Positions 12,370 to 27,878 of a stretch of 64,000 nucleotides of DNA are shown piece by piece. Position 1 is the first letter of the stretch, and every line of letters begins with the position of its first letter. The notes beneath the pieces are model-generated. The model saw nothing but the letters and a program-made list of their open reading frames with translations. It ran no database searches and was not told where the DNA came from. Source of the DNA: Octopus vulgaris (lineage: Eukaryota); assembly GCA_951406725.2 (NCBI GenBank), contig OX597821.1:11098001-11162000 (forward strand), written 5' to 3'. Made by a program: the position numbers and the translations under genes.

Positions 12370-13428
12370 TTAATTAAAACTATAAAAAGCTGAGTTTGTA
12401 TTGTGACTTTAGTCTCAGTTTTGAAATAAATCATATCCTCAACAAAATCTATTGAGCATTCATCTGTCATTGTGCTAATATTTTTAAAAAGTGTTTCATG
12501 CTTCTTCGTAAAGAAGGAGCGATGGCGCTAAGGAAGTTAAAACTTGATAATTTTAAATTAAATACATTTTTTTAGAAATTGATTTATTTAATTTGCAAGT
12601 TAAACCTGAAACTATAGTCACTATTAACTCACAGTAATTTTTAACATTTATTCTGTACGCATCGCCCGCAGACAGCTTTTATTCGTATCAAGATGAATTA
12701 AAACATCTATTTTTCAACGGAAATAATAGCTTCTATCTCTCCCTCTTTTTGTATAGGTATATTTGAATTTGCCTCTAGGCAGAAGCATGGTGGAACCTGA
12801 TAAGGAAGTTTAGCTTTCTTTCACTCTTGTTTCGAAATAATTTTGTACCTTGAAATTCGACTGGCGATGGATGAATAAAGTAATATTTTAAAAAATTTTT
12901 CATGTCTCTTCGTACATATGAAGCAATAGTGATGTGGAAGTTTTATAAATGTTTCATTAAAGCCTCTATTTTTCAACAAGCATGGAAATAGTAGCTTCTA
13001 TCTCCATCTCTTTATATATAAAAGAAGCAGGCACCAGGTTGCTTAGCCGCATACCGAAAAAATTAGAAATAGCAGTCAGGGACTGTTTATTTCTATTTTC
13101 TACAAATGAGACTCCACATATGACATATCCCTGTAATTCACATATGCAAAACAGAAGGAATAAATAACGAAAACAAAGTCTAACGGTCATTTACGAACGC
13201 GTTTCTAGATTAAAAATATAATAAAATATATATTTCATGTCTTTCTATATATATTTCGAGTGCAAGAAAGAGATATATATACAGATAGACAGACCGAGTC
13301 CCGCACCTAAACACACACATACATAATATATAAGCATATATTCAGGCATAAATATATATGCATGAATATATACATACATACACACACACATACACACGCG
13401 CGCACACAGAAACACACACACACACACA

Positions 13429-13566
13429 TATTTAAATACATACATACATATATGCATGTATACTCGTTTATACACAGAGGAACGTGAACACAAACAAACA
13501 CGTTCATATATATATTCATAAATACATATTTACATCAGTGTATTCACGTGTTTCTCTCTCTTACTC

Positions 13567-13608
<42 letters not shown>

Positions 13609-13746
13609 GAGTAAGAGAGAGAAACACGTGAATACACTGATGTAAATATGTATTTATGAATATATATATGAACGTGTTTGTTTGTGTTCACGTTCCTCTG
13701 TGTATAAACGAGTATACATGCATATATGTATGTATGTATTTAAATA
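13429..13746. repeat. Perfect 318-bp palindrome centred on (TA)17
   Basis: 13429-13570 is the exact reverse complement of 13605-13746 by visual comparison. Confidence 0.95.
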
Positions 13747-14055
13747 GTGAGGGAGATAAATTGAAAATTAAATTAATTAATATCAATTTAAAACCAAAAG
13801 CCTAGAATATAAAAAATCTGAAAAGTCAGAGAAAATTTCAATACATGTGTATATTAGGGCTAAAAAACCACCATGTGGACAGCCATATGCTAGAAGAAGA
13901 TCACATACGATCTAGCTACAAAGAAAGAATAGTTCTCCAGACAAAAAGCCACTGAATTTTTTCTGGAGGACATTCTTTCTTTGTAGTTAGATCGTATGTG
14001 ATCTTCTAGCATATGGCTGTCCACATAGTAGCTTTTAGCCCTAATATACATATGT
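13741..14055. mobile_element. Fold-back repeat of the family at 51850-52497 (probably Penelope pLTR-derived)
   Basis: Arms 13841-13941 and 13963-14055 are inverted copies. 13741-13930 matches the reverse complement of 52305-52495. Confidence 0.75.
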
Positions 14056-14950
14056 ATGTATTTATATATGCATGCATGCATGTATGTATTTATGTATACA
14101 TGCATGTATGTAATGTATGTATGTATGTATGTATGTATGTATGTATGAATGAATGAAACGAACTGCTACGCACTTTCCATCCATTTTATTTCGTTCGCAA
14201 AGATACAGCAGATGACACTTGTTTAAAGAAAGCCACATACTAAAACGGCACTCAGAACCACTTGATGCAATTCATACGTCATACGCCTACATCCAAAAAA
14301 TTTATTTACTATTTCAGTGAATTGTTACGTATTAACTACATCCCAGGATTTAATTTTCAATCCATTTTCATGGATTTTACGAACTCTCCGAAACTTTTAC
14401 ATTCTGTGATATACAACATTTGGTTAAAAGCTTTCTGATGTTATTTCAGAACGTTTGGAAATTCGGAGAGGGCAACTACAATGTGACATCCAGGTTTTGG
14501 ATGTCAGAATTTGTGAAGTGAAGTACAAAATATAACTTAATGGAAGATATATTTGACTGTCGTTTAATCCTGAGTCACTTCAAAAAACGGTTATGTGATC
14601 AAATCTCTACCTGTCGTGATTATACCATCATTTCTTTTTCGAGTCTTATTTATTGAATATTAGATTATTAGATGTGTGCTTCATGTTTTAAGACAGTATT
14701 ATTCGATTTTGGGATATATGGCTGCGATTTCTAGGAAATCCGATGACTTTTGCCTTTTATCATTAAATTTACCGTTTCATTCCTTATACTACTGCCATGC
14801 TGGAGCACAGGCTTGAAGGGTTTCAGTGAACAAATCAACATCTATACGATTCATGTTTGGCACTTTTTCTACCAGTCTCATTCGTTGAGCCGCTAAGTTA
14901 CAGGGACAGAGACAAACCCCCCCACACACACACATATTTATATATATATA

Positions 14951-16048
14951 CAGGATCTTGCAAATAAATTAAGACTATTTTTACTATGCATAAAACTGGT
15001 TATAAATACTACACAGTCATTTTCACTCAATATGGCCACCCTTTTGGGAACTTTCTCCCTCCACACGAGAATGAGATTTGTCTGCAGCTCCCGCAACCTC
15101 CTCCCTTTTGATTTTACGTGTCACACGCACGATGCAGGCCTTCAAACTTTTGACATTCGAGTGGGATGATTCACTGATCCTTGCTTGAAGTACACCCTAT
15201 GAAAAATAATCGAGTATGTTGAGATCTGGGCTATTACTGGCGCAGATGTTTTTCTTCACAAACAAAGATACCTTTTCACCAAGGAAGGCCTATGTTGCTT
15301 TTGACCCGTGGCATGGTGCAGAATCCTGGATAAGTACCACGTTTTCAAGCCCAAATATCAGCTCCATCCAAGTTAACAGAGAGTTCTTCAGGATGTCCAG
15401 ATACTCCTCTGTGTCGATAGTCAAGCCAGACTCACTGAAGTGTGGATCCATAACACATCACTTGCATTAACTCAAAATACCATCACAGTAGCAAGATACT
15501 TATTCCTATACACAGGTGTCAGAAGGGTTGTATGAAATCCCCCCAGAGCCTACAGTGGACTTCTCGATCACAAACACAACAGTTTTTCCTGACAGAAGCA
15601 TTGGGCATCTCTCGGCTCTGATTACTTTGGCTTGGCTGTTAGGAGGTGACGACGTCTTCAAACATAGCTAGTCATACCAAGGTTCCTGATCACAGCTTTG
15701 GACACCGTAGAAAGGGCACATTGCGCTTCTTTGCAAGAGCTGTCATGGATGTGGATGGGTTGGCTTCAATCGAGCGTTAGAGACCAGCGAGAAACTTTAG
15801 ATTGCGCTTGGAATCACTTCGAATCTTTTGTTCTTTTCTATAAATATTTCCTTATTCTTTATACAAAACAACAATGGCAGAACGATTTTGTTGTTCCATG
15901 AATTTCTGTTGTCGAATCAGTTCGCTATTTACCTGAAAAGTAAAAAGGGGGATTAGATTTTCAAGCAAGCAAAATTTGGTCAAAAAATGAATCGACAAAC
16001 CTAGTTAGTCAACTACTTAAAATTGGTCCCTATTTATCTGAAAGTTCC

Positions 16049-16050
<2 letters not shown>
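14951..16050 (-). mobile_element. Tc1/mariner maT (DD37D) element, decayed
   Basis: Minus strand gives EEYLDILKNSLLTWM..IQDSAPCHGSKAT*..NSPDLNILDY with D-37-D spacing; weak TIRs caggatcttgcaaataaat / caggaactttcagataaat. Confidence 0.85.
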
Positions 16051-16118
<68 letters not shown>

Positions 16119-16694
16119 TATAGTTGGCTAGTTTTCACAGACTCGTCTACCAAATTCACTCACAAGACATCAGTCAGCCCGACGAAGACACTTGCATAAA
16201 ATGCCAAGCAGTATGACTGAACCTGAAACCACATTTTCTTTTTATCACATAATCCTGCCTCCTAAAGCAAAGGAAAAGTATAACCTACTGGAAATAATGT
16301 TTTGTCGACATTTAATCCTGGGTTAGCACAAATCACACTGATCTAAGATCAAATCCATACATGCCAGCTTAGTTTTGCCTCTTTAAACAAAATTAAAATC
16401 TAAGACTTTCCTACCACGTCATTATCTATTGTTTTTTGGAGACAATTTATCCAGGAATATTTTATTGTGCATTATATCATTCTTTTATTTAAGATGATAG
16501 GATGTTAGTTGAACATACTTTAGCTAGTATTTCATGCCGGATATGCCAGGGATAGAATTTCTTGCGTTCACTCCAATAATTGAATGTGGAGTACTGAACA
16601 ATATGTATGCTAGTATTAAATTCTGAATTTAAATTTCACCAACCTTGAAATTGATATTCATACTTCGGGATCAGTAAAATGAATTACCAGCTGC

Positions 16695-16739
<45 letters not shown>

Positions 16740-16880
16740 CACCGCCGCTGCTGATGCTACTTTGTCTCGGATGTGTTCTGATGGATGAGTGATATCATTA
16801 AAAGTATTCTCGACTTGATCATTTTGCCATGGTTTCTTATTGGGTTAGAATTTGTAATCGTGTTCTTTCCTGTTTTCTAG

Positions 16881-16937
16881 GTACACGAGGGATCATGTAG
16901 AAGCACCACAGACATTACCAGTCCTATATTTGGATAA
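16881..16937 (+). CDS. Possible terminal coding exon (VHEGSCRSTTDITSPIFG*), Kazal-domain-like C-terminus
   Basis: Good acceptor tgttctttcctgttttctag; HEGSC resembles the Kazal-ending motif HxGxC; about 1.2 kb of repeat-free sequence follows, with AATAAA near 17872. No upstream exon was identified. Confidence 0.2.
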   Translation, partial: VHEGSCRSTTDITSPIFG

Positions 16938-18896
16938 GTATACCAATCAATTGTTCCAACTACAAAACGTTTGCCGGTGCCGATGGGAGAAACACTTTTC
17001 ATTATTAAAAGTGGCCAACCTTTGGTTGTAGACTATGAAGGAAGAGCTAATAATGGAAATATCATAAACATTTTCGAAGTTTGCCTTATATTTCGAATGG
17101 CTACACCATCTCAAGGGATGAGTGAGAGTGGAAAGAGAAATTATTCCTTCTTTCAAGCAAAAATATAAGAAATTTGAGTGGGTGACGTATGCAAGAGGAC
17201 GATAGTTGTTCGGTTCTATAGTTCCACTTTCACGATCATACAGAGAGGATTCTGTTTGCCTAATTGCCTTACTCATCTTCGAATGTCAGTTCCACCGCTG
17301 TTTATTATTCATATTATTATTTTCTAGATATTACGTATTAAAATATATTTAGTGTCATTACGCTGTTATTAATCGAAAAGCTACTACGTTGTTATTTACG
17401 CTACCTAATATCATATGCTCATATAAATTGATCACTTATTTTGCAACAACTGTACTAAACGTAAAGAAGAAGTAAAATACCACCAAATACAAACGTTTGA
17501 AACCATTTATATACACACATATTCAAATTAGCCAACACTCGATGAATAGACACACACATATATTTCCTGTACATGCATTTGTTCACAGGATGTTCCTCAC
17601 ATTTTTAACCTTATAGAATTACAGGAAATATATGCAAGATAGTGACGTTATATCGAAAACTAATTTATAGTCATGTGTTAGTTCTTTAAATAATATTTAT
17701 TACTTGTTATGTTTTATTAACCTTTTCGAACATTTTAAATTGAATGGCTCACGTTAGTTTACTGAGTTCATTGAAATTGGTTATATAGACATGTTTGAAG
17801 AGCTTTATAATAAATTTAGTTATAAAATTGCATCCCGCCCTCCGAGAAAAATAATTGTATTTTACTTTCATAATAAAAACAAATTCATATATTGCTGTTT
17901 CACACTACATAGTTTAATATTGGTTTCTCCCTTACTCTATACATGTAAAATATTTCCCTTTATACTTCTTTTTTTTGCTGATGTTATTTCTGAAGTAATT
18001 GATAAACATTCTTGCAGGTTTTTAAATCAGCTGTCTTCATCTTTCATCGGCTTTCCATATTTCCCTTTCTCAAATCTTAATGAGAAACCTGCTATAAAGA
18101 AATGTTTGTTTTCTTCATCATTCCATGTTTTTAAACCGTGTTAAAAAATTAGCTTTATCTGTATTTTGTTCTTTATAGAGATGGAAAATAATCCGAAACT
18201 GATTATTCACCTGGAGGCATTTGTAAAAACAGTCGGTTGTTTCGACTAATGGTGGCTCAACAAGACACAGCAGTAGTTTTCTCAAGTCTCAGGAAAACAA
18301 CCAACGTACTATGGCACGCTGGATGAACGCTGAAGTATTTCAGTTGCATTCTCTACCTGTCCACGTTCCTCTTACTTTATCGCCATTAGAACCTATGAAG
18401 GAAATATGACAGTGGTAATGGTTGTGTCTCGGTTTGCTGAACAACCAGCACGATGAATGTTGTTATAGTGGACATGATTTGTGCAGAGTTAGTCCCACTT
18501 TCTCGTTAATCAAACATGTAGTAGTCTGCTACGAGTGCCACGAGCCCAACAGTTATCACACTGCAGGATTTGTATACAGATGCAATGAATTACCCGAACA
18601 GTTGCAGAAACAAGAGTGTTTTAACACTAAACTATGATATGCATCGTTTGGGTTAATGATTGTTTGGGATCCACTACTGACCCTAAACTCTTCTCCCCGC
18701 ACAATCAGTCATTTACTTAACGTCTTCTCAGCTTTGAAGAATTTTGAATATTCCTTTCCTATCTGGTGATGGTCTCATTTGCCACCTGACGATTATCGTG
18801 CCTGGAAGCAAGGATTATCTCAATATACCAAGACATCGCATGATGTATCGAGGGAGCGTTAAACTCCGCAACAAAGCATTATAATTAGTTGATCTA

Positions 18897-20033
18897 GAGT
18901 GTTAGGGCTAAATTGATCCGTTTTTCAGAAAATGAAAACAAATCAGATTCCCATCCCAAAATAAAAGCATTAAAGTTGTTTTTAATAAATACCAGCTAGA
19001 TTAGGGCTGGGGGATATAAAAACAGTTTACTCAAACTAGTCCCCTTCAACTTGCACAACGGCCTAAAGACGGCCACACAATTTGACTCAGGCATCCCCCA
19101 GAGTGTGCCAAACAAAGATCCTCAAAAACCTTCTTGATTTGGCCACTAGCTTGGACTTCTTGTTGCAGGCAAAGTGATTGGTGTCTTTCTTAACTGCACT
19201 TCATACACTGTAATCGATGAGATTACAATTGGGGACAGTAGCAGATTAGAAATTGTGACTGGTGAAGTCGTAGAAACTCTCTGAAAACAACTAGTGGCTC
19301 TTTCCGGGGGCATATTAAGGAACCGGATCTTGATGTCATAGATATGGCCTTCCAGCAGTAACATTCTCTAACCAGAATTTGACGACGGTCTCCAGCAGCC
19401 TCACATAGCCATCTGAACTGAGCCTAAAGCAATGTTCATAGTTGTGGTCTGCCATGACGTTAAACTGCATTGCAGACACACCCAAAGGCCGTCAAAATCT
19501 TGGAGAACTTATATTTTACGTGAGACATCACATGATTTGTAAGAAGGCGTCCGGTTGTTTTTTGGTGTTGTGCTACTAGTCCTCGCAGAAGTTCTTTTTA
19601 TCTGATAAGAACCGGATCATCCCCGGCTCAATAAGATGTTCAGGAGAATCATTATTTTTGGTTCTCCTTCGCCTTGGCTGAACAATCCTCATTCCGGGAT
19701 TGAGGCAAATGGAATACACACATCTCGAGCTTAAGCTCAGATTGCCTTGCTCGGATATTCTATTACATCTCCTGCAGTCCTGGAACGGATTCTGGAGGGC
19801 AGGCGTAGTTATAACGCGTGTTGTGTAACTTTCCACTTGCCGTGGCATCGTAGACTACGTTGCAGCTCTCTATATCACATCTTACAGCATTTAGAAAGTT
19901 TACAGTACATTGAGTTGCATTCATGGTGTCAGTATTTTGGTATACGGCGAAAATCATCGTAATGCAGATAAATCCTTTCTAATATTCAGATGGGTTTCTA
20001 TCGTCTATGTCAAATTCACTCCGAACAACTTGT
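18897..20033 (-). mobile_element. Tc1/mariner maT (DD37D) element, heavily decayed
   Basis: Minus strand gives FLSDKKNFCED, SDGYVRLLETVVKFWLENVTAGRPYL*HQD..PNCNLIDYSV*SAVKKDTN with D-37-D spacing and many stops. Ends are approximate. Confidence 0.8.
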
Positions 20034-20060
20034 GTATATATATATGTATATATATGTATG

Positions 20061-20208
<148 letters not shown>

Positions 20209-20285
20209 ACTATATGTCTATATCTATATCTACCTGTATAACTATCTATCTATTTCTATCTATTTCTCGCTTTGCCTCTCTCTCG

Positions 20286-20332
<47 letters not shown>

Positions 20333-20651
20333 TACATATACACATACAGAAATACAATACACATATATTGAGAGAGAATGAGGGAAAGAGAGGAGCAGAG
20401 AAAGATAAAAAATGTAGTCACACAGATTATCAATATCAATAATAACGCAAGGAATGTATTTTGCATATCATTCCTTTATAAGCCGTGTTAATTATTACAT
20501 ATATACATACATGCATGCAGACATATATATATATATATGTATACTATGTATACAATCTCTTTCTCTCTCCCTCTCTCTTTTTATCACTCTCATTCTCTCT
20601 CTCTCCCTCTCCCTCTTTTTCTCACTCTCATTCTTTCTCTCTCTCACCGCA

Positions 20652-20690
<39 letters not shown>

Positions 20691-21635
20691 TTACATTCTT
20701 GCGCTCCTACACACACGAGTACACGCAGAGAAACACCCACTCACCAAAGCAAATATATATGTAGATATATGCATACACACACATATATATATATGGTACG
20801 CTTGTATTTATGTACTAGTGTTGGAATTTTAGCAGTAACATAATTTCAGCCGCGAATCGAATAAATCTTGTTCCACACAACTTGAGTGAATTTGATTCCT
20901 TTCTCGCATAATTTCTCATCCACCCACGAGGATACCAACGTATGTACACACATACACACACAACATTTGTATGTACATACATACATACATACATACATAC
21001 ATACATACATACATACATACATACATACATACATACATAAAATACGTTCCAATACTGAAATCGTCTGTCGCATATTTATAGTTCATCTTTTTTATTGCAT
21101 ACTTATTACCCGAGTGGTTTCGAGAAATTGGGTACAACCGTTTATGGTCTGTCTTGCAGAAAACCAATTTCTTAATGCTGTCAAATAAAACCTTATGACA
21201 ACATACTCAAAGGACATTGTTTGATTTGAAATGCTTAAACAAGATGCAATTTGCACAATGTGAAGATGTGTTAAACAACATTTGTCGTATTTGTGGTTTC
21301 CATTCAATGGACATTTGCTAGGTGCTACTTTCTACAAATATACGCAAAACCCCACAAATACAACCGTGTCTATTTTTAAGTATGAATGTATGCATGGAAA
21401 TGCTAAAACCTGTTTTAGCTAGGGAACACACATTGTATTGTATGTACGAATTTATGTATCTATATACAGATGTTAATGTATAAGACCTACGTATGTATGT
21501 ATGTAGGTATATATATATATAAATTCAGGGTGAATACTTGATAAATTTAAGCTCATGTATATGCCAGCTAGTGGTATAAGTGATAGGATATAGGTGATAG
21601 GATATATATATATATATAGAGAGAGAGATATAGAT

Positions 21636-21676
<41 letters not shown>

Positions 21677-21879
21677 TTACATATATATATATATTATATA
21701 TATATATATACATATATATATACATGCATACATATCTCTCTATGTATGTATGTATGTATGTATGTATGTATGTATGTATATGGTGATTTTACACTTTTTA
21801 CCACAAGAGAGAATTTTTCTCCGCGATAACTACTGTGAATTCGTCTGTAGAAGATGAAATATGTATATCATATCATAGA

Positions 21880-22450
21880 TATATATACAAAATTTAGTGG
21901 ACTGACTACAAAAAGTGGACAGCCTATATTAGACGTCAAATCGCCATTACCACGAAGAAAGTGTTCTGAAGACAAATCTCAACAAAAGATAAAAATGTAA
22001 TAATAAGCAAGACAAATAAAAATATACGAAATAAAAAAACAATTATCTATGTACCATTGGTTTCACTTGTTAATATTTACGTATATGGACACGCAAGCAT
22101 CTGCAAGATCATCAGCATAGCCTGTCGTTCACAAAACACAATTTCCAGAATGCTGATGATCTTGCAGTTATTTGCGGGTCCATATATGATCGTTTTTTAT
22201 TCCGTATATTTACATTTGACTTGCTTATTTTTACATTTTGGTTTTTTGCTAAAATTTTTCTTGAGAACACATTCTTCGTGGTAATGGCGATTTGACGTCT
22301 ATGTTTAGCATATAAGGTGTCCACTTTTAGTGGTCAGTCCTCTAAATTTTGTATGTAAAACAATTTTTAATCTTCGGATTTTTTTAAAAATAAGCTAAAC
22401 CACTGGTTTTAATTGATTAATATCAATTTCTACCCTTATTTAATTCTATA
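21880..22450. mobile_element. Fold-back repeat (pLTR-like) with decayed hammerhead cores on both arms
   Basis: 21886-21972 is inverted at 22259-22353; inner inverted pair tgcaagatcatcagcat (about 22103) and atgctgatgatcttgca (about 22150); related to 29590-29960. Confidence 0.7.
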
Positions 22451-22507
22451 TATATATATATGTACTTGAGTATGTGTGTGTGTATCTTTGCATGTAGTAT
22501 GCATATA

Positions 22508-23357
22508 CAAAGGAGTACCCAAAGCAAACCAGAATTTTGCAATTGTATTATAATTTCTCAGTTTTACATGTTTACACTTTTATTGGCTTCAAAGCAATGC
22601 ACCTGTCCAAACGCGTTTTCCATTGTTGGAAGCAGTGCCGCAACTCTTGCGAAATGATACCGTTTAACGTTCACCTCTTCCACATCTTCAAATTCCGTAG
22701 GACCAGCTTTTGTCACAAGTGTTAACCCTTCCAACCGTTCTCTTAGTGTACCACACACATTCAGTTGTGGCTGATTTTCCCCTCTCGTGAGTAAGCGTGA
22801 CACAAATTTTTTCTGCAACACTTTTCGTTCGCAATTCCTCGCTCAGAATTCGTTGGCAAGAGCTCCATGACATACCAGTCGCACAAACAAGTTCGTCATT
22901 GTTGAGTGACGGTAAGTTCAGTTCATGAATTTTCATGGCTCTTTCATTCGTTCGATTGTTCGACGATCAAGCTTAACGAGGTTGATCCTCAAGCGATAGT
23001 GACCATTTTCCAAATCGTGAAAACCACACGCAATTTAATTTTTTTTTTACTCATGGCATTGCCTTTGTAAGCTTTTTGCAGCATGACAACTGTTTCGGTT
23101 GCCATTTTCCCCAGAATAAAACAGAAGTTCGTGGAAGCACGCTGTTCCTTCGAAAAAGCTATCACAAAAATCAAAGTAGAGGGGAGAAGCACTGCAAAAT
23201 AAAGACGCACAACGTGGTAGTAGGGCCAATATTCGACGACTCCGATCGGCAGACTGATGCCTGAGGGTCACATCATGCAGCTTCTCCCAGCGGAAGCCTG
23301 AACTATATAGGGTTTGTCCTACAGAGAACGTTTCCGTTCATGTTGGGTACCCACTTG
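22508..23357 (-). mobile_element. Internally deleted mariner (DD34D, irritans-like N-terminus), 850 bp
   Basis: EQRASTNFCFILGKMATETVVMLQKAY, MSWSSCQRILSEEL, KFVSRLLT, then a jump to the C-terminal region; TIRs caaaggagtacccaaa / caagtgggtacccaac with TA flanks. Confidence 0.85.
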
Positions 23358-23652
23358 TATATATACTTTTAAGAAAGGCTGAAAATCTTGTATTCAATCA
23401 CAGTGAGGTTGAAGAATGAATTATTTCAAAAGCACCACTGATCCTATTTTGAACAACGGAAAATTACTTCAATCAACTAACTTCAACTAATATGAAAACA
23501 AAATATAATTCCAGAAATAGTTCACACACAAGCACAAACTGAAACAATAGAACCAAATAAACGTAATTTGCAGAATATATGTACATGTGTGTCTGATTAT
23601 GTATGTAGGCAGGTAGGTACGTATGTAAGTACTTATGTAGATAAAAATCTTG

Positions 23653-23705
<53 letters not shown>

Positions 23706-23710
23706 TATAC

Positions 23711-24254
<544 letters not shown>

Positions 24255-24259
24255 ATTTT

Positions 24260-24690
24260 TTAACTTGTGTCAGTCATTTTGAATGCAATCATTCTGGATC
24301 ACCGCCTTTAAGGGTTTTCGTCAAACAAATCGACCCCTAAGACGTCTTTTAAAGCCTGTTACTAATTGTATCGGTGTCTTTTGCCGAACTGCTAACTTAA
24401 GGAGACGTAAACATAACAAAGCCGGTTCTCAAGCTGTGAGCGGGGATGACAATCAGACACAGAGACTCATATATACATATATACACGCACACACATATAA
24501 ATATATATATATGGGGGTGTATGTATGTATATATAAACGACGGGCTTCTTTCAGTTTCTATCTACTAAATCCACTCACAAGGCTTTGGTCAGCTCAAGGC
24601 TAAACTAGAAGATACTTAGGCAAGATGCCACACAGTGGGACTGAACCCAGAACATTGTGGTTGAGAACCAACATTCTTACACCAGAGCTA
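24260..24690 (-). mobile_element. SINE family C, decayed; a second head fragment at 24748-24890 (+)
   Basis: Aligns with the reverse complement of 5122-5541. Confidence 0.8.
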
Positions 24691-24946
24691 TCCCATAAAT
24701 ATGTTTTTATATATACATACACATCATGTATAAAGTGTTTGAAACAGCAGGCATGTCTCTGTGGTGAGAAGCAACCTTCACAAACACATGATTCCAAATA
24801 GCACCTGGTGCAAGTGTCTTTTCGTAAAGACTCGGCAACGCCAAATTTTTCAGTGGTTTCGTGCGACGGAAACTGAAAGAAATCCGTGTGATTCAATACG
24901 AATTTTTGTGAAGCAAATATTCACAATAAAAGCATATTGTCAAATA

Positions 24947-25031
<85 letters not shown>

Positions 25032-25514
25032 TATATATATGAGATTAAAGATAATTTGAACGTTTATTTATGTGTTTAGACATAAATGATCTAGGACATA
25101 TAATCATGAGCTGTGAGGAAATAAGATTGATTAATTTTCATCAAAATAAAATAATATTGGCTTTCTTTTGACCAAGCAACAGGCCCCTCTCTTTGATGGG
25201 AATATTAATATATTTTTATGTTGTATGATGCTCTCAGAAGTATTTAGGATTAAAGTGGATGAAAATGAAGTATGATGAGCACCGAAACGCTTATATAATT
25301 TTATATGAGTGTTCGTGTGTGTAAAACCAGACGAAATTACAAATATTTATGTAGATATCTGTATCTTCTACTGTACACGCTTTTATTAACATAAAAATAA
25401 ATGAGAAAATAAAAATATGTCCAATGCAACGACAAATTTATTGAGTTGTGATTAGAGTAATACCAGAAGGAGTTTCATGACTAAAAAGCACATACACACA
25501 CCTATACAAAAATT

Positions 25515-25575
<61 letters not shown>

Positions 25576-25644
25576 ACATACATGGTTTTATGCATATATA
25601 TTTATGTATACAAATAAATATGTCTATGTGTGTATATATATATA

Positions 25645-25763
<119 letters not shown>

Positions 25764-25996
25764 GTATATATATATGTATTTGTGAGTGTGTATTACCGGA
25801 GGTGACAGTTTCAAAGAACATTATCCGGCCACTAATTATAAGGAACTCAAAGCAAGGATGTTGAAATTAAATAAAAAAAAATTATCTTGCAAACACTCGA
25901 TTATATCTTACATTACAAATACATAACGTACGCCTGGACACTTATACACATACACCACACACGCACACACACACACACAAGAACTTGCATGCATAC

Positions 25997-26046
<50 letters not shown>

Positions 26047-26081
26047 AACATATATATAAATACACACACACATGCACATAG

Positions 26082-26138
<57 letters not shown>

Positions 26139-26553
26139 ATATATAGTCCTCTATTGCAAATAATTGATTATTTCGTGATTCGAGTTTCACAGTAATACGA
26201 TCTTCAACCGCGAGATAAGCATTCGGTCTTAATAAATCACATATACTGCAACCTATATCACGCACTTTTCCCTGATTGGTTTAATACAATTCAGTGTCAT
26301 GCGTGTATGTGAGTGTATGTATACGTGTTTGTGTGTGTGAATTTGTGTCCGGATGCGTGTGTGCGTGCAGGCGTGTATGTGTGTGTATGTGGGGCGTGTG
26401 TGGATGATGGTCTACCATATCATTTGATAGACGTGATCAATGCATTCGATACCATGTCTAGATAATTCAGTTGGTTGAATGACTGAATCGAATTTAGCTG
26501 CTCGTATGATAGAGTTCCAACAAATATATATATAACGCATGTATGTATACATA

Positions 26554-27876
26554 TATTTGGTTGAGTAAAAAGTTGAGAATTTGTATCGGATTTTTGCAAT
26601 TTTGAACTTTTCTTTAAAGGTTTTTTTTTTTCTTTTTGCTGTTGTCTGATAAAGAGACATAGACTTGCTCAAATGCATCAATAGATTAACATTAACATTT
26701 TTTCACCGTTGTTACAATCCTCTGAAATGAAACTCTCAAAGCTCGATATTCAAGCAATTTTGCAACTGAACTTCAGAAAAGGACGTAAAGCATGTCAAAC
26801 TGCTCACGAAACGTTTGGTGGGGAAATGACTAATATGTGGTCAGCTCGAAAATGGTTTAAATGATTTCGCAGTGGAGAACGGAGCCTTAAAGATCGTGAG
26901 AGTAGTAGACGCCCATCTGTCATCAATTAGAGTCAATTAAAGACCGTCATTGAGAAAGACAAACGTAAAACCACTCGAGAACTGGCAAAAGAAGTTCGCG
27001 TTAGCCAGAAAACTGCTTGCAACCATTTGCATGCAATCGGAAAGTCAAAAAGGCTTGACAAATGGGTACCCCACGATTTGAATAAAAATTAGAAAATGCG
27101 CAATTAAGAATTTTGCTCGTCGCTTCTTCTCCGTAACCAGCCCGACACATTTCTCAACCGTACTGTAACTTGCCATGAAAAGTGGATTATGTACAATAAT
27201 AAAAAATATTCCTCGCAGTGGTTCGGACAAAATGAAGCACTGAAAACCTCCCCTAACCACGAGCTCTGAAAAACAAAGGTTGTGGTGACTATTTGATGGT
27301 GTACTACTGGATTCAGCCACTGTAACTTCTTAAAACCCAAAAGAACCATTACAGCAGAATCATATTTCCATGAAATTGCCAAAATGAACAAAAAACTGCT
27401 ACTCCTCCGTCCCAGACTGGCCAACAGAAAAGATCCAATCATTTTTCATGACAAAACGTTTGACTAATGACGCTCCAGAAGTTGAGAGAACACGGTTACG
27501 AAGTTCTTCACACCCAGCTTATTCCCTTTACCTTTATCCTACCGACTATTACTTTTTGAAGCACCTTGATGGTTTCCTGCGAGAGAAGGATATCAAAAGT
27601 CAAACAGATGCTGAAAGGGCGTTCAAAGAGTTCATCAGCTCCAAAGAGCTCCTATTTTTATGTTACCGGTATAAACAAACTTGTAACTTGTTGGCAAAAA
27701 TGTGCTGAGTTCCAGAAATCCAGATTTTTATGTTACCGGACTAAACAAACTTGTAAGTCGTTGGCAAAAATGTGCTGACTGTAATTATTTTGATGAATAA
27801 AATTTCCTCATTTTGAAATATATTGTGATGAATATCATGTTTCAAAATGTTGCTTACTTTTTTACTCAGCCTGATA
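26554..27876 (+). mobile_element. Full-length decayed mariner (DD34D, cecropia/Hsmar1-like)
   Basis: LDKWVPHDLN, VTCHEKWIMYNN, HPAYSLYLYPTDYYFLKHLDGFL, GINKLVTCWQKC; many stops; TIRs tatttggttgagtaaaaagt / tatcaggctgagtaaaaaagt. Confidence 0.9.
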
Positions 27877-27878
27877 TA

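Noticed and set aside
18200-18890. Relatively GC-rich stretch with a Cys-rich short ORF (18422-18637)
   Set aside because: No motif could be recognised in any frame; left unassigned and probably an old TE.
19146-19957. Three non-repetitive-looking minus-strand ORFs
   Set aside because: They are mostly off-frame or fragmentary readings of a decayed DD37D transposase.
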